A stretch of DNA of 64,000 nucleotides, taken from positions 5,464,954 to 5,528,953 of the forward strand of contig CM120644.1 in assembly GCA_051362555.1 (NCBI GenBank), in the 5' to 3' direction. This DNA is from Lingula anatina. Lineage: Eukaryota > Animalia > Brachiopoda. The translations under genes were made by a program, and so were the position numbers. Shown here piece by piece: positions 1 to 13,291 of the stretch (its first letter is position 1; each line of letters begins with the position of its first letter). Below the pieces are notes generated by a model. The model was not told where the DNA came from. It did not search any database and saw nothing but the letters and a program-made list of their open reading frames with translations.

Positions 1-86
1 GGGAGTGCTATGGGCTGGACCATTGCGTTTATCGTGTACAAAGGTCTGCTGTTGCTGGGCTCTGTTTGCTTGGCCTGGCCTACCTG
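1..86 (+). CDS. Class C GPCR (GABA-B-receptor-like) copy 1, TM5 exon (5' end outside window)
   Basis: GSAMGWTIAFIVYKGLLLLGSVCLAWPT resembles the GABA-B TM5 motif YKGLLL..G..LAW; GT donor at 87 (phase 2); near-identical inverted copy at 62449-62588. Confidence 0.85.
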
Positions 87-352
87 GTACGTGAACCAAT
101 ATGTACATGTACACCGTAACATCCAACACACTATCTGTCGCATCCAGAACACTTCCAAATCTTCGAATCACGTCAGACACAACATGGAAACAAATTATTG
201 ACATAATGTTTGAAGTTTATTTTCAGACCTTTTAACTGTATCCCGTGTAGGGTCTATGATCTCTACCTTCGTCATAGTTCCACTTATATTATTATTCTGC
301 TACACTGCATTTCATTTAACGTAATATTCGCATTAGTTTCTTTTTTTTCTAG

Positions 353-548
353 GGCAATGTCGGTGAAGAGAGATGCTGGAGACAGCAGTCAGGTTGGCTT
401 AGCTATGGTTATCATTACCTTGGCGACTGTTGTCGGAGTTCCAGTAGGTGTCCTCGTACAAGAAGAGCCCAGTGTCAACTTTGGCGTCATAGCTGGCTTC
501 ACGCTCTTCGCTATCATAGCTACGGTTTTGTTGCTTTTGATTCCCAAG
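353..548 (+). CDS. GABA-B-like GPCR copy 1, TM6-TM7 exon
   Basis: Polypyrimidine-AG acceptor; (W)AMSVKRDAGDSSQVGLAMVIITLATVVGVPV...VNFGVIAGFTLFAIIATVLLLLIPK with the class C D-S-x-x-I/V-G and terminal xPK motifs; GT donor at 549; phases join. Confidence 0.88.
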
Positions 549-906
549 GTCAGACTCTATTTTAAAATGGCACTTTTATTTGACTGTTTGATTGCAGCAA
601 AAAATTTAATTCAGCGAAGGATTTATTTTTTTGCCATGAAAGAAAGATACAAATACTGAGGATGGGCCCCACGTGAGTTGACGTACACTATAAAAATTTT
701 ATATACTTTTGAAAATTATTTCATGCTTTTGTATGGAAATTCTGAAAATTTCGGCGGTTTGTTTGTCTAATAAATTTAATTCAGAAAGAATGGAACCAAA
801 GAATCACTTGAAGCGTTCAACCAATCAAAAGCCAAATTTTTTTGTAATGGCGTAGCCTTTGAATCAAGGTGATTTGTTTCTCCAAATATGCCTATGGTTT
901 TTACAG

Positions 907-1002
907 CTCATGGAACTCAAGAGGGGGGAGATGGAACCGTCACTTTGGTCGCCATTGCGGCTCTACGTCGCGGAGTTCTTCAATGACGCAGGTGATAAGT
1001 AG
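907..1002 (+). CDS. GABA-B-like GPCR copy 1, probable terminal coding exon
   Basis: ttacag acceptor; phase 0 gives LMELKRGEMEPSLWSPLRLYVAEFFNDAGDK*; the paralogue keeps this frame and stop, with one synonymous TCA/TCG change. Confidence 0.65.
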   Translation, partial: LMELKRGEMEPSLWSPLRLYVAEFFNDAGDK

Positions 1003-1626
1003 CCTTCTCGTGCCACTGAGAACGGAGATGCTAATGCAAGTAACGACAACCAAGGCGATGGAAGAACAGCTCATATCTAGGTTGTTTAAACATTGTGGCT
1101 TATGGCTGCGCTACAAGTGCCGTCACGGTTTTTGTTGTTAACTCAGTGAATGGACATTTTTTTCAAGCCTCATTCCACCGTGGATGACTTTATATGATAG
1201 GCCGTTTTACATATTTGTTAAGGATATTACAAATGGTTACATTTGTCCATTCATATCTTACATATTCAATAGCAATTGTACGGGTGACTTTGATTTGTCG
1301 CATACAAACCATGCTGCATGCAAACACTTAGATCTAGATTACTGATATACATATTTGGATATTGAAATATATCACTATTAAAACTTATTTTTTAAAAGAT
1401 ATGATGGTTTAGAGTTTTATACACAGCTGTTGCAAAGTTCAATATCATCTCTAGAGCTTGGCGGTAGAAAAAAATCATACCAGTTTCTAATATCACCGAG
1501 GGAACACGTGTGCTGTTCCAACCTGAAAAGATCCTGAGTTTTATAATAAAGGGTATTTATCGAAATATATAATTTTTTTGAATCTTTATGAGTGATCGTC
1601 AACATTATGTTATATCGCGTCACAAA

Positions 1627-1658
<32 letters not shown>

Positions 1659-2574
1659 AAAAAAAAACATCAACCTCAGCAATTGTTAAAATCATTTTGT
1701 ATGTTACCAAGTTGCAACAATAGACTACTTTACTGATCCAAATTAGTCTGGATGATTGGCGCTATATATTGTCCAAACGTACACACCCTTGAAAATGATC
1801 AGCATAGTCCAAGTAACATATCTGTCAAGTTGCATGCTTTTTCCACATTATGAGCAATGTTAATAATAAGTGAAACTTCTATACCAGACTTTGTGTTTTT
1901 ATTGCTTTGGCCTAAGGTCAGCAAGAAAAATATTATAGACTTCAAATATATCAAATGAATATAATTCAAATTTGTTTCAGGTGTGTAGTCTAAGGACATC
2001 TCAGTAATTTTGATTTAAAATGATTGTAATGTTTAGGTTGGCGGTTATTCTGAGATGGGGACTTATTTTCTGCTAAAACGAATTTTAAATTGTTTATGTT
2101 CTTATTTTGTCAAATTGGTAAGAAATTGTAAAATGGAAGGTTTTTTGTCGTGGGAGTGTAGAATGATGTCTCCTCTACGTTTTCCATGTCTTAGGTCCAA
2201 TAAATCGATATCCTTCTAGAGCAATTTCAACAGCGAGTTCCTTAGCAAACTTTTTGCTGTTTCCGGTACTTGTTTCTTTTTTTACAAATTGTTGATTTCC
2301 TTAATGCTAACCCTGTTTTGTATACTCAATGTCTGAGCACCGATGCCATTGGCATTTTAAATTAAAATTACAACAAAGAAGGGAACAGATGTTATCGTTA
2401 AAAAGACAAGAAAGCTGTTTCAAGAACGCAATAGTAATACAGGGTGGTTTAAAAGTAGAACTCGAAACAAATGAAAACCTTCAGTGGCGTTGTTAGCTGG
2501 TTGTGTCTTACCTTTTTTATCAACACATCATATTTTCATTGCCATAAAACTGTATGATATTCAACATCAAACCC

Positions 2575-2872
2575 AGACTTCTTTAAATCTTTGGATTTTT
2601 TAATTAAAAATTTTAAAATCTTGAGATCTTAAAATTGAAATTCTTGGAAACTTTAGGTCTTGAAATTGTACTTCTTTGAATCTTTATATCTCTAAATCTT
2701 AATCTGTACCAATTTGATTTCTTATTTTTTTACATCTTTAAATTGAGCTTTTTAAAGCTTTAGATTTTTTTAATCGAGTTTTGTTAACTCTTTAGATTTT
2801 AAAATTAGATTTTCTTATATCTTTACATCTTTAAATTGAACTTTTTTAAATCTTTAGATTTTAAATTGAACC
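2575..2872. repeat. Degenerate AT-rich minisatellite (~22 bp, tctttagattttaaaattga-like)
   Basis: Many imperfect tandem units; a shorter version sits in the paralogous block near 29170-29220. Confidence 0.6.
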
Positions 2873-3028
2873 CCCGAATGACAACGTCAACCTCAGTAAG
2901 GCACGGATGTTTAAAAATGATTTTTTACGTCAAATGTTATATGGTGACATTCATAATATCGTGGAAAGTGAAGACGTATTTGGATTTTTTGCTTCCGGGA
3001 CGTTTAAAAAAACATATATATATTTTCA

Positions 3029-3033
<5 letters not shown>

Positions 3034-3122
<89 letters not shown>
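3034..3122. repeat. Compound (CT)n(AT)n microsatellite
   Basis: Read directly; many similar (CT)n, (CA)n and (AT)n tracts occur across the window. Confidence 0.95.
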
Positions 3123-3125
<3 letters not shown>

Positions 3126-3732
3126 AAGAAAACAAAATTTTGAAAAATGAAGTTAAAGTCTACTTTTTCTAAATATCTGGAGATAGAAAGTGATAAAGCT
3201 GGCTTTTTTAAAATAAGACATTGAAAATTTCATGCCTTGCCGGTATACGGGGACGAAGTAACGAAGGTTTTGCCTTATTTTGGCAACAAAAGTTTTGAAA
3301 ATGACAATTCAACTTTCGGAAAATTCGCCTTATTTTTAAAATTTTAATTAAAATACTAACAAAAATTATAGTGTTCTAAGATAGATGTATTACGAGATGC
3401 ACATTTATTTTACTGACACATTCTGTCCTCAGCTTCAAGAATGTGTTTCACAGTGCATGGTAAGGAAGGTTTTGCAAATACACAAGTGCTTGGTGGATGT
3501 TCTGTACAGAAGATCACGTTTAAATATTAAATAAGGCACATCCATTGGTGCACATAGCTCAAACAGCGACATGCCTATGAAGTTTATTATGCTTATTTAT
3601 TATATTTGTTTATAAAACACTGGGAAAATCCGAAAGTTTCTCTGTCAAAAGAATGTATGATTTGACATGAAATATGATTTGTATTTGATTGTATAAATGA
3701 ATTAACTACTTGTAAGTTCAATTTGATGTACA

Positions 3733-4039
3733 TCCGCACGAAAATGCAAAAAGAAGCAAGAAAGCATTAACGCAGTAGTGGTGTGGAGCATATTTGCAGT
3801 AGAAATGCAGCATAGCCTTCTGCAATTCTACTCCAAAAAGTACATATGTTTGGACAGAGAGGAGCATTAATGCAGTAGATTAGCAGCATGATAGAAGCAT
3901 GTTTCAAATATGCCAATTAGCTCCCAAATCGAAGCAGATCTGAAGCATGTTTGCAGTATGATTGCAGTAGTCTACTGCGGTTTGCAGTATGATTGCAGTA
4001 GTCTACTGCGCTGGAGTATCTACTGCGTTTTCTTGCGGG
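3733..4039. mobile_element. Non-autonomous TIR element, CCC...GGG termini with 2-bp TSD (EnSpm/CACTA-like), copy 1
   Basis: TIR (c)ccgcacgaaaa...ttttc(g)tgcggg, internal TGCAGTAG/CTACTGC repeats, CA on both flanks. Confidence 0.75.
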
Positions 4040-4787
4040 CAGGCACATGTTAATAATAATGCAGCGTGTTTACATCAATGAATAGTCTTTACATAATTAG
4101 CTGTTCCACTCCCTGGTTGCAATGGTCAGTGAAAGGGGGGGGGGGAACGTTCGTATAGCAGCACAATTGTTTTATTATTTTTACAGTATGCTCGTGCTCT
4201 GGATGTATAGAACGCCGTTTGTAGGCCTACAAAAATGATTAAAGTATCATTTTGATAAGATTGCAGCATCTTTCAGAGTTTGTTATAAATCATAAGTAAA
4301 TGCACAAATAGCAAGTCATTTAATTGTATCACTTATTATATATTGTATTATCCAAAATAAATGCTTAAATTAAATGTATAAATTTATGTGCACATTATCT
4401 GCAGTTAGATATATTTCCTGCCTCTCTCTCTGTGGAAGAAAGATTTACTCCAAGTCCTCAACAACCCGACGTGATATATGTTTCTATTAGGTATTATCCC
4501 TAAAATTAAAAATTACCAAACAATTAAAAAACAGATGGCTGAAAATGTACATAATTCAAAACAAGATTTTAGTTCCATTTATATATGTATATTGAGGCTA
4601 CAATACAGGGGGTATAGCAGATTTACTGAGCGTGCCACATGTAGGCCCGCGGATTAAATGGCATGGGTCATACTATAAAAAGTATTTTAGTCAACAAGTT
4701 AAGAAAAACTTCCATGTCCAGAGATCTTTTATGGGAAAAGGTATGCAATCAGGTATGCAATCTTACACAGCCACGACCTACACGTAC

Positions 4788-4895
4788 ATGTGTTGCAAAT
4801 GTCTCCCCTAAAATGATCAGGACACACGCACTGGAAAATGCCACCATATTCAGTGCACGTCCCTCCATTTAAGCACGGCTGGGAATCGCAGGGAG
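4788..4895 (-). pseudogene. EGF exon of secreted EGF gene copy C (probable pseudogene)
   Basis: 108-bp phase 1-1 exon PCDSQPCLNGGTCTEYGGIFQCVCPDHFRGDICNT with AG/GT boundaries; homologous to 31147-31254 and 44520-44627; no signal-peptide exon found upstream. Confidence 0.75.
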
Positions 4896-5648
4896 CTAGA
4901 AAAGATATTTGTCTATAAATATACCAACATAAATTTACTTTCGGGTCTTACAAGATGTCCTATAGTGAGAAATGAAATTTGCATTGGCATATGGTTTTGG
5001 TTGTTTAATAGGTTAATATGACACGAAAAGGACAAATGCACATGGTCATTTTTGATTTGGTATATATGTCTGTAGTTGAACATAATGTGTGGTAGTATAT
5101 TTTTGCTGATAACCTATATGTGCCATCCTCATCGTCTTGACTACTGGTAAAACAGTGTACATGTATGTCTGGCAAATGGAGTCATCCAAGTGTGCTACAA
5201 AAACTAAAATGCTAGAAACGCAATCTTACATGCTGTAAACGAGGAACTAGAAAACTTGAGAATTAGCGTGAGATAGGGGATAAATTAAAAAAAATTACTT
5301 TGAAAGTTATAAAAACTGAAACCAAATGCATGGTGAATTGGTCCTGTTGTGCAATTAGATTATAAGTCGAAATAATTGAATATAAAGTAGCCAGAAAGTA
5401 CCAATGCATATATTATTCTAGTGTTGCAATGATAATGCATTAGTGTTGCAAGATAACTGCTAGTTTAATTTAGTATCAGTTATTTAATTCATTATGAAGT
5501 GTTCTGTGGTCAAAAATTGAATTTGATAAACATGCATCAGCATCGTACATCAGCATGATCAACAAATCACCCCGTCTCAAAAAGTTTAAAGATGCTCCGT
5601 ACACAAATTTTCATCATCGCGACCTGTGTAAAAATAGATTACTGTTTA

Positions 5649-6305
5649 GACCCTTTTTCACACAGACCACGAATCCCACGAATGGCCATGAATTGACAAA
5701 TTTCACGATTCGTGGTTGAATCGTAATCAGTTCGTGAAGTTCTTAACAGATTCGTATATATTCGTAGACAGTTCTTGCACTTCTTGACAAACAGGAATTG
5801 GTGGCAAAAACTCTGATGCCCCTATTTCACACAGACCACGAATCCCACGAATCGCAAGGAATTGAAAATTTCAGGATTCGTGGTTGAATCTTAATCAGTT
5901 CGTGAAGTTCTTAACAGATTCGTATATAATCGTAGTCAGTTCTTGCAATTCTTGATCAATCGGGAATTCGTGGCAAAAATTTTGAGCTGTTCAAAGTTTT
6001 GGCCACTAACTCCCGATTCCAAAAAATCGTAGTGAATTTCTGGTCAATATTCGTGCGATTCCAGCCGAATCTCACGAATATTCGTAACACTATCGCACCT
6101 GTATCGTAAATGAATCGTAGAGCGTGTCGAATTAGACCAAAAAATTGGCAAAATTTCACGATTCCAGCCGAATCCCACGAATATTCGTAACACTATCGTA
6201 CCTGTATCGTGAGCGTGTCGAATTAGACCAGAAAATTGACAAAATCCTGAAATTTGTCAATTCCTGGCGATTCGTGGGATTCGTGGTCTGTGTGAAATAG
6301 GGGCC
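5649..6305. mobile_element. PIF/Harbinger (Tourist-like) MITE with duplicated left end
   Basis: TIR g(g)cccctatttcacacagaccacgaatcccacgaat; TTA on both flanks; second left end at about 5818; many CACGAAT/ATTCGTG motifs. Confidence 0.75.
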
Positions 6306-6472
6306 TTAGAAATAACAAAGAAAGAGACATTATTAGAACAATTTATTCACATTACAAGCTGACGTGTTGCCTCAATTACTACATTAAGTTACATTTTATA
6401 TAAAATAATAGAGCGAATCCGTAAAAGGATAATAATAGAAAATCTTAATAAATAAATAAATAAATAAATAAA

Positions 6473-6646
6473 CAGGCCCGCAGCCAGGGGGAGTTCAAGA
6501 GGTTCGAAAGAACCCCCTTTTGCTGAAAAAAGGTCCACTCTGGGTAAAATTTGAAATAAGTACATGGGGATTTTTCGGTAAAAGGTCCACTTTTTCAGAA
6601 AAAGACCCCCCCCCCCCCCCCTTTGAAATTGCTGGCTACGGGCTTG
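6473..6646. mobile_element. Short CAGG...C(C/T)TG TIR MITE inserted in an (AAAT)n tract
   Basis: caggcccgcagccag ... ctggctacgggcttg inverted termini. Confidence 0.55.
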
Positions 6647-9600
6647 TTAAATAAATAAATAAATAATTTAAAGAATTAAGTAAATAATTAGATGACATTA
6701 AGAATCAAATAAAAAAGATAAAAATTAGATGGTATAAATCATTAAAAAAAGGTAAATTATTTCAAATAATTTAATAAATATATTATGATTTAATAATTAA
6801 ATGAATAAATCGCTGTGAAGAAATAATCATTGTCGCAACTAACGCGGTGAGTGTCTACCCATTATCAAAGGCCACAGATAGATTTTCACTAGTTACCAGT
6901 ATAGACAGATGTGTATCTGGTTATTTGATGGGACCTTTTGGCACGCGCGTTAGGGGAACGAGCACATTAACTAACTTCTTTTAAGATTAAAGTGAGTGTC
7001 CTATCATTTGAAAGCCAACAAAATATTTCATTCCACATTAGAGAAATTAGCCTCATAATTACATTTGTAATTTTATAACTGGGTTTATGTAACTCTTCTC
7101 TGTTCAGTAACAGTTATAAAGGAAAGTTAGATTTTGCTTGTATGAAACACACTTTTTATTTTGATAAAAATCGACTGCGTATGCAGCATATTGATATAAG
7201 GCTTTCGATGATGATTGTGCATGAAACGTCAAGTCATTTTTCCTTTTCATAATAGTGCTGGGCACCCAGGTGTTGAATCTTTTACTCGACGTGCATCTTC
7301 CTAATATTGTATAGGCATGATTTCAGGTTGTTCGGCAGCGATGACGATTGCGTTCAAAATGGGTTGTTTGCAGCATAACGCCCTTATGCTTTGTGATATA
7401 TGTGAATAAACCTAGCTTACTAAATAACTATTACCAAAGTGAAGCATGGCTTTAGGTTTAACAGTCCAAGATTTATTCAATATGGGCAGTTAACTTGGAC
7501 CAGTCTTGTTTCATTAACTTTGCGAATGGAAGTCTCCGTCGTCAACGTTAATTTCCAGTATGATTTTACATCACTTATCTGATTTAACAATCTTATTGTT
7601 TAGGTTTTGTTTAAGGTTGTATGAGAAAAGATAATGATCGCGTTAAACAATAGATTGAGGGCTACAGTAAGTCCCTCCTCTTTGGGCGATGTCGAAGACT
7701 GTTAATTCAACGTACTTTCATAAACATGTAGTGTGACCACACTGTCAGCCATCCCCCCTTGTTGCACGTTGCAAGCGATTTGTCTCATAACTATGACAAG
7801 GCGTTCTTTTTTCTCGTTGTTGTTTAAAAACGGACCACTTTGTCAAGGCTAATTGCTTAGCTCTTTGCGCGTCATATGTACTTAGCTCTTTGCGCGTCAT
7901 ATGTAAACGCTAAGATATGAATGTTATACCGGGTAGTTGATTGTTTTGCCCGGGCGCCGCACTTATGCTTTCTTACTAGAGCGATCTAGAACAACTAAGT
8001 CGCTAGTTTTCCCTGTTTGTAACTGTAGCAAAATATGTTCGACATGCCGTTTCTGCACGACAGCCGGAGACACAGTAATTGTATAAGGCATGGTTTAAGC
8101 TTGTTCGAGAGATAATAACAATCGCGTTTAACAAAAGATAGTAACACACCCTCCTCTTTAACTGATGTCTTACACTGTTAATATTGACCGCACTTTCATA
8201 TATTATGTAATACACTGTCAGACTTTCCCCTGTTGCACGTTGGATTGTACTTGTGCCTCTGTCAATGCACCTCATTTAGTTTAAATATTTTTGCCGCACA
8301 AACCTTTGTGGTTTAGAGTTATTAGTTTAGTAGTAGGAATAGGATGCTTGGACAAAAAGCTTTTAGTCAACTCGCTTAGACCTAGGCTGTGATGCTGCTA
8401 TCATCCGAGGAAACACCTACTCTGAATCCTCTACCTGAAGTCTCCCTAGCTGAAACAAAAAATGCCCCTTGAACCTGTCCATTTTTTAAAGCGTCAAATC
8501 ATTTTTGATATCATTGAGAGTCTTTAAACGAAATCTTCCAAGTAACAAAAACAGAACCGTGTGGTGATTATTTATTAAAGCGTAGGTTTATTCATCATGA
8601 TCTATTTTGTAAACAATACTTGCCTATACCCCGTGTAATTTACTTGGATTGATCATCGTGACTGTTGGCTACTCGCCTATAATATTAATGCGTGCTGTAC
8701 GACAGACAACTTATAAATATCATCTGTGTAAAATGACCACGTTATAATAGAACGATGTCAGTGATTTAATCCATCCAACATATTTATATTTATTCTTTTA
8801 AAACCAGTGTCAGGTTAACACGAAGTCAAATCAAGCCTTGCAGACTGATTTTGTTTAAATTGTCGTAAAATAAGTAAAGCTACGTAAAGCCTATTTCTAG
8901 TTCATCCAAGCCATAAAACTGCATGAAGGATAACAAGTCTCTGTAGCCAATTAACTTTCACATTGACCTGTGCTTTAGAGTCTCATGTAATGCAATAAAA
9001 TGAGTATGGCCTGAGAGAAATACAAATATGAGGACGTGTATGAAAGATGTTTAAAATTTAAAAAATCAAGAATTTAAACATGTTAGGTACATGCACATCA
9101 CTTAATAAGTCCTTTCACAAAAATCGCATCTAATTTTTCAGATTAACCTCCACTTTTATCGATATCAACGCCTTGTCTGATGTTTACATGTAGGCGAAGG
9201 AGGTATACTCCAATATTAATGGCGAATAATATCAACAGTGACTCAAAATCGTTGCCTGTCTTTCACACTTTTACACAAACTCATGAAGGGTTAATAAAAG
9301 GATTCGCGTCGCGACATCTATCTCTTTTCTTCGAACAAGCAAAGGGCTGACCCGAAGTAAGCTTTCAAAACTAATTTCTCTTTGACTGTACAGGGGTATA
9401 TTGTAATTACTCCACTTGGTCGCCTCCATTGTCTTGTAAAAGTGACAAAGAATGTGTTTTCACACGTGAGTTTACATAACTCCTTTGCCTTGTGTCTTTA
9501 TCAAGGTTATAATCAGTTTGAATAGGTTGTCTTGCCTCACATAAAAAGGGAGTTGTTCTTCATACTATTTGTTGCATAACTTATGCTTACCTACCTTGTA

Positions 9601-11301
9601 CAAATATGGTTTTAATAAATCGCCAAAATTATGACACTAGTGAACATTGTGTATCAAACGTTTTGATACGATTAAATGAATGTGCAAGAAGGATTACGGA
9701 ATGAGTTAAGGGACCCGCACACGGTGAGCATTTGGCGCGCGCCACTTGCGCTGTGAATCGGGGAATCAGGATATATGTCCCTAGATGGGACCTGTCTCGA
9801 TGGGACCGGTAGTGTTGTAAGGTCTGAGGAATTTATTCTGTAAAATGTAAAGGCTAGCATAGATTATCATACAATTAATGGTATCATACGTGCCTTAGAT
9901 CTTCAGTGTGTGCAATAACGAGAGACGCAAAAACGGCAAAATGTAAGCAAGGAGGGGTGTGTTTGTTTATGGGGGGGGGGGGGGGGCAGTTAGTGGTATT
10001 TGTTTGTGTAGTTGGCGAAAATGAAAAAAAGTATAGAATAGTGTACGTACACGTTTACGTAGTTGAACCTGGAAAAGTTTTCAACTGATAATAAAAAACA
10101 TCAGGCAAAAAACGAAATTTGTTTAGAAATTTAAACTGTCACTCTGGTGGCACAGCGTCATGGCTATGAATCTGACATGGAGTTTAGTCCGAAATATTAG
10201 TGAATTTAAAATTAATAGCTAAAACGTTAATCTGCCCTGATTTGTCAGATAACAAAAATGCCGATGATCCAACTATGAGTAATGTATTTAAAGTACGGCC
10301 GTATATGCAATGGGCCATTTAGGATTATAATTGCATACCTTGATGCAAAACAGCCTATCGTTTCTTCCACCGCGAGTCCCTTTATTTAATGTATTATATT
10401 ACTCCTATCCTTTTTATTTGACACTGTCTCTGTTTCTCTCCCTTTTTCCTTTCTCTTGTAAGAAGGAGGGTAAATAATTAAGCACTCAAAATATGCATCA
10501 GCAATCTTCAGAATAGAATAAATCAAATAACAGCTTTCACAGATTTAACTGCAGTTAGCTGTATAGTGTCACTATATACATAATCCGCTGCACGCGCGAA
10601 GCTGTTGAACAAAAGGATAGTTTTCTATGGAAGACCTTTTGTTTACATAAGTACTCTAAGGGGGCGTGCCTACCCAGGCGACAAGGGGATTAGGCTAGTA
10701 ACTATATTCCGTCAAAATCGTTTAGCGACCCTATCATTATCACACTCCCTCTATTGTTTTTTCTGACGTTATAATTGTATCTAATCTTCTTATGGTAGAT
10801 GGAAAAAATGCACACATACATAATATTAGGACTGTAACTGATTCGGCTGATCTGAAAATCAATTAATCAATACACTATGATTATTTGACAAGGACGCATT
10901 GCTTTAATTTTCAAATCAGTAATTTAGCAACTAAAAATTTGGAAAAGTAAATACAGAAAAATCGTTTAATCACCATATTTTATCTGAAATAAACAGCAGG
11001 AATAAATGGCCAATATTTTTAAATGTTTTCCACCGTTTTTGGAAACGCCAAAAATGAAAATCAAAGCTAAAATACAAACAGTGCAAGAGAAAGTTACACA
11101 TCGTTTACATATTCAATGACAAGGTAATTATATCGAGCAAATTAATAATATTCAGTTTTGCTTGTTGGTTGGCTCTATAAATAAAGTCATCACAACAGAC
11201 AAAGCAAGCATGCTTGTAGGACAGATCTATGGCGAAAATAGGAAATGTGCCTTTTAGTAGAAAATGCTTCTTTATCAAACATGGAAACATTTTTGAAGTA
11301 C

Positions 11302-12502
11302 CAGGCCTATACCCAACTACCAGACTTGGCACCTTAATTCACCGGTATATCGGACCACACTACCCGTTTTCCAGGTGTGCGTCAGTACGCGCTGCGAAGT
11401 ATCAGACGCGACACCGCTCTTTCCTAGTACGCAATGTGATAGCGATGATTCTCAGCTGGATTATAAAGTAGTGCATCTCATCTCAAAATGTTTTCGAGGT
11501 ATAATAAGCCTCGGTCACAACCGGACGCACGAATTTCAGGATCGTACGTCTCCTGCGATTTTGGGGTGTTGCGGAGGCCGTGGAGGTCGTAGAGGTAGAG
11601 GAAAGTCTGCCTTGCGAGTCGCAAGGGCCACATGAGATTCCTTTCAAGCAGGGACGCTAATTGCAATGAGCGATGGCCGTGGACATTGTACTCATTTCTT
11701 GAGTTTGTCTTGCTTCCTGTGTACGTGGCACACACTCACCACTTACGAAGGGAATGCAACGCACGGCGAAAGTAGTGCCCTTTTGCGTCAGTTTTGCTTC
11801 ACACTTGCCTCACACGTTTGTGGTGACGTACTGACGGCGTACGTCAGTTTTGCTTCCTGTTCTCCTCTTTTTTCTTCTTCCTCCTCCCTTTTTCCTACTA
11901 TGTAAGCTTCTTTCTCTTGCCTTTTGGAGGCATATTAGAAACTAAATTGAGAAAAAAAATTGAAAATTGTTGTACACGTTACACAGTCGACGTTCATTGT
12001 AAAGACACGAGCGTGCGTCGTGAGCACGCCTTTTATACACCAGGCGTGGGGGTGACGCACGTGCGACGCATTTCCAGTGTGCTCTCGACTTTGTTCGTTA
12101 GTTGTGAGGGCGTGCGCCTTACTCAACACGCAAACTGCTTGCGACGTTCGGCTTGCACCACGAGCGTCTCTCTTGCTAACTCCGTGCGAGGGGAGCAGGT
12201 TACGCTTGCGGCCTCGCTGTTCGCAGGCTATTCGTAGAATCTTTTAGACATGTCCAACATCCTCCGTACGTGCTTACGGGCAGTCTGCGAACACCAAATT
12301 TCGTAAGAAGGACTTGCGTGGGACGTGAGATTCTGCGCAAAATTTGGACGCAAACAGCCTGTAAGAGCCCGTAGGGCCGGTTGTGACCGAGGCTATACTG
12401 TGAACTGCGTACTGACACACACCTTGAAAACGGGTAGTGTGGTCCTATCTACCGGTGAATTTGGGATAAATCGGTGCCGAGGCTGGTAGTTGCGGAGGGC
12501 TG
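11302..12502. mobile_element. Unclassified 1.2-kb TIR element with CAG...CTG termini and 5-bp TSD
   Basis: ~100-bp imperfect TIRs; AGTAC on both flanks; empty site visible in the paralogous intron near 33700. Confidence 0.8.
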
Positions 12503-13291
12503 AGTACTCTGCATTTTGAAGGCATATCATGGAACTTAAGCTGTTGTTAATCTATGTTGGAACTCGGAATTACCTAGGGAAAAAATCAACAAATATATAA
12601 TTATTAATGACCGATAAACCTAATTAAGATACCCATTTAAATAATAATGTATATTTTAATATTAATGATTAAAATCATTATCATTTTATCATTATCATTT
12701 TATTTTCACAAATTTTGAATTATATATTTATTCATTTCATATTTTATATCACAGTATTATTTGTTACTTTGTTAAGTCTACCAAACATTTAAATTGATTA
12801 ATATATATATATATTAAATTGATTATACTTAATATCTTTAACCTTCAATTATTTATTATTATTTTAATATCATTATTACTTAGATAATTTCACAGCCAAT
12901 ATATACACACTCATTGTAAATTAATTTATGTCGTTGTAAAAGCTTTGCATTTGTCTTCCAGTGCAGGGCCCGGCTTTATCAAGGCTGGATAGGCTATCCT
13001 ATGGATAACACTATCCAAGGTATAAACCTCTTATCCTCTGGATAGTTATCCTCTGTATAAATCTGTGTTTCATAAAGGCTGGATAAACAGCATGATAGTT
13101 ATCCAGTGGATAAGAATTTTATCCAATACTATATTTGGAAAAAGATATTCCCATAATGCAATTGGTTGCTATAAACATTGTAAAAGCCATGATAGTTGCT
13201 ACAGGGTAACAACGGAAGTGATCTATACCATATTTGGAAAATATATTCCCACAATACCCCAGTTCTGTCGTTTGCTTCTCTGACTTGCAAG

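Larger units (their letters stand above)
1..1431. repeat. Left arm of inverted segmental duplication (partner about 61123-62530)
   Basis: Exons, introns and 3' flank align to the reverse complement of the right end; similarity ends at ...cagctgtt. Confidence 0.9.

Noticed and set aside
87-201. C-terminal part of ORF 10-201 (YVNQYVH...)
   Set aside because: Read-through past the GT donor into intron
869-1141. ORF ...GGRWNRHFGRHCG...MTQVISS (and its mirror at 61305-61556)
   Set aside because: Wrong phase relative to the upstream exon; the phase-0 frame is supported by a synonymous change between paralogues
5649-6305. Possible CRISPR-like repeat array
   Set aside because: Irregular short motifs inside a TIR element, no unique spacers, no cas genes, eukaryotic context
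8003-8275. STIQRATGESL...VIISRT as PIF1/Helitron helicase motifs
   Set aside because: Weak resemblance only; the duplicate copy does not keep the frame and no other helicase motif was found
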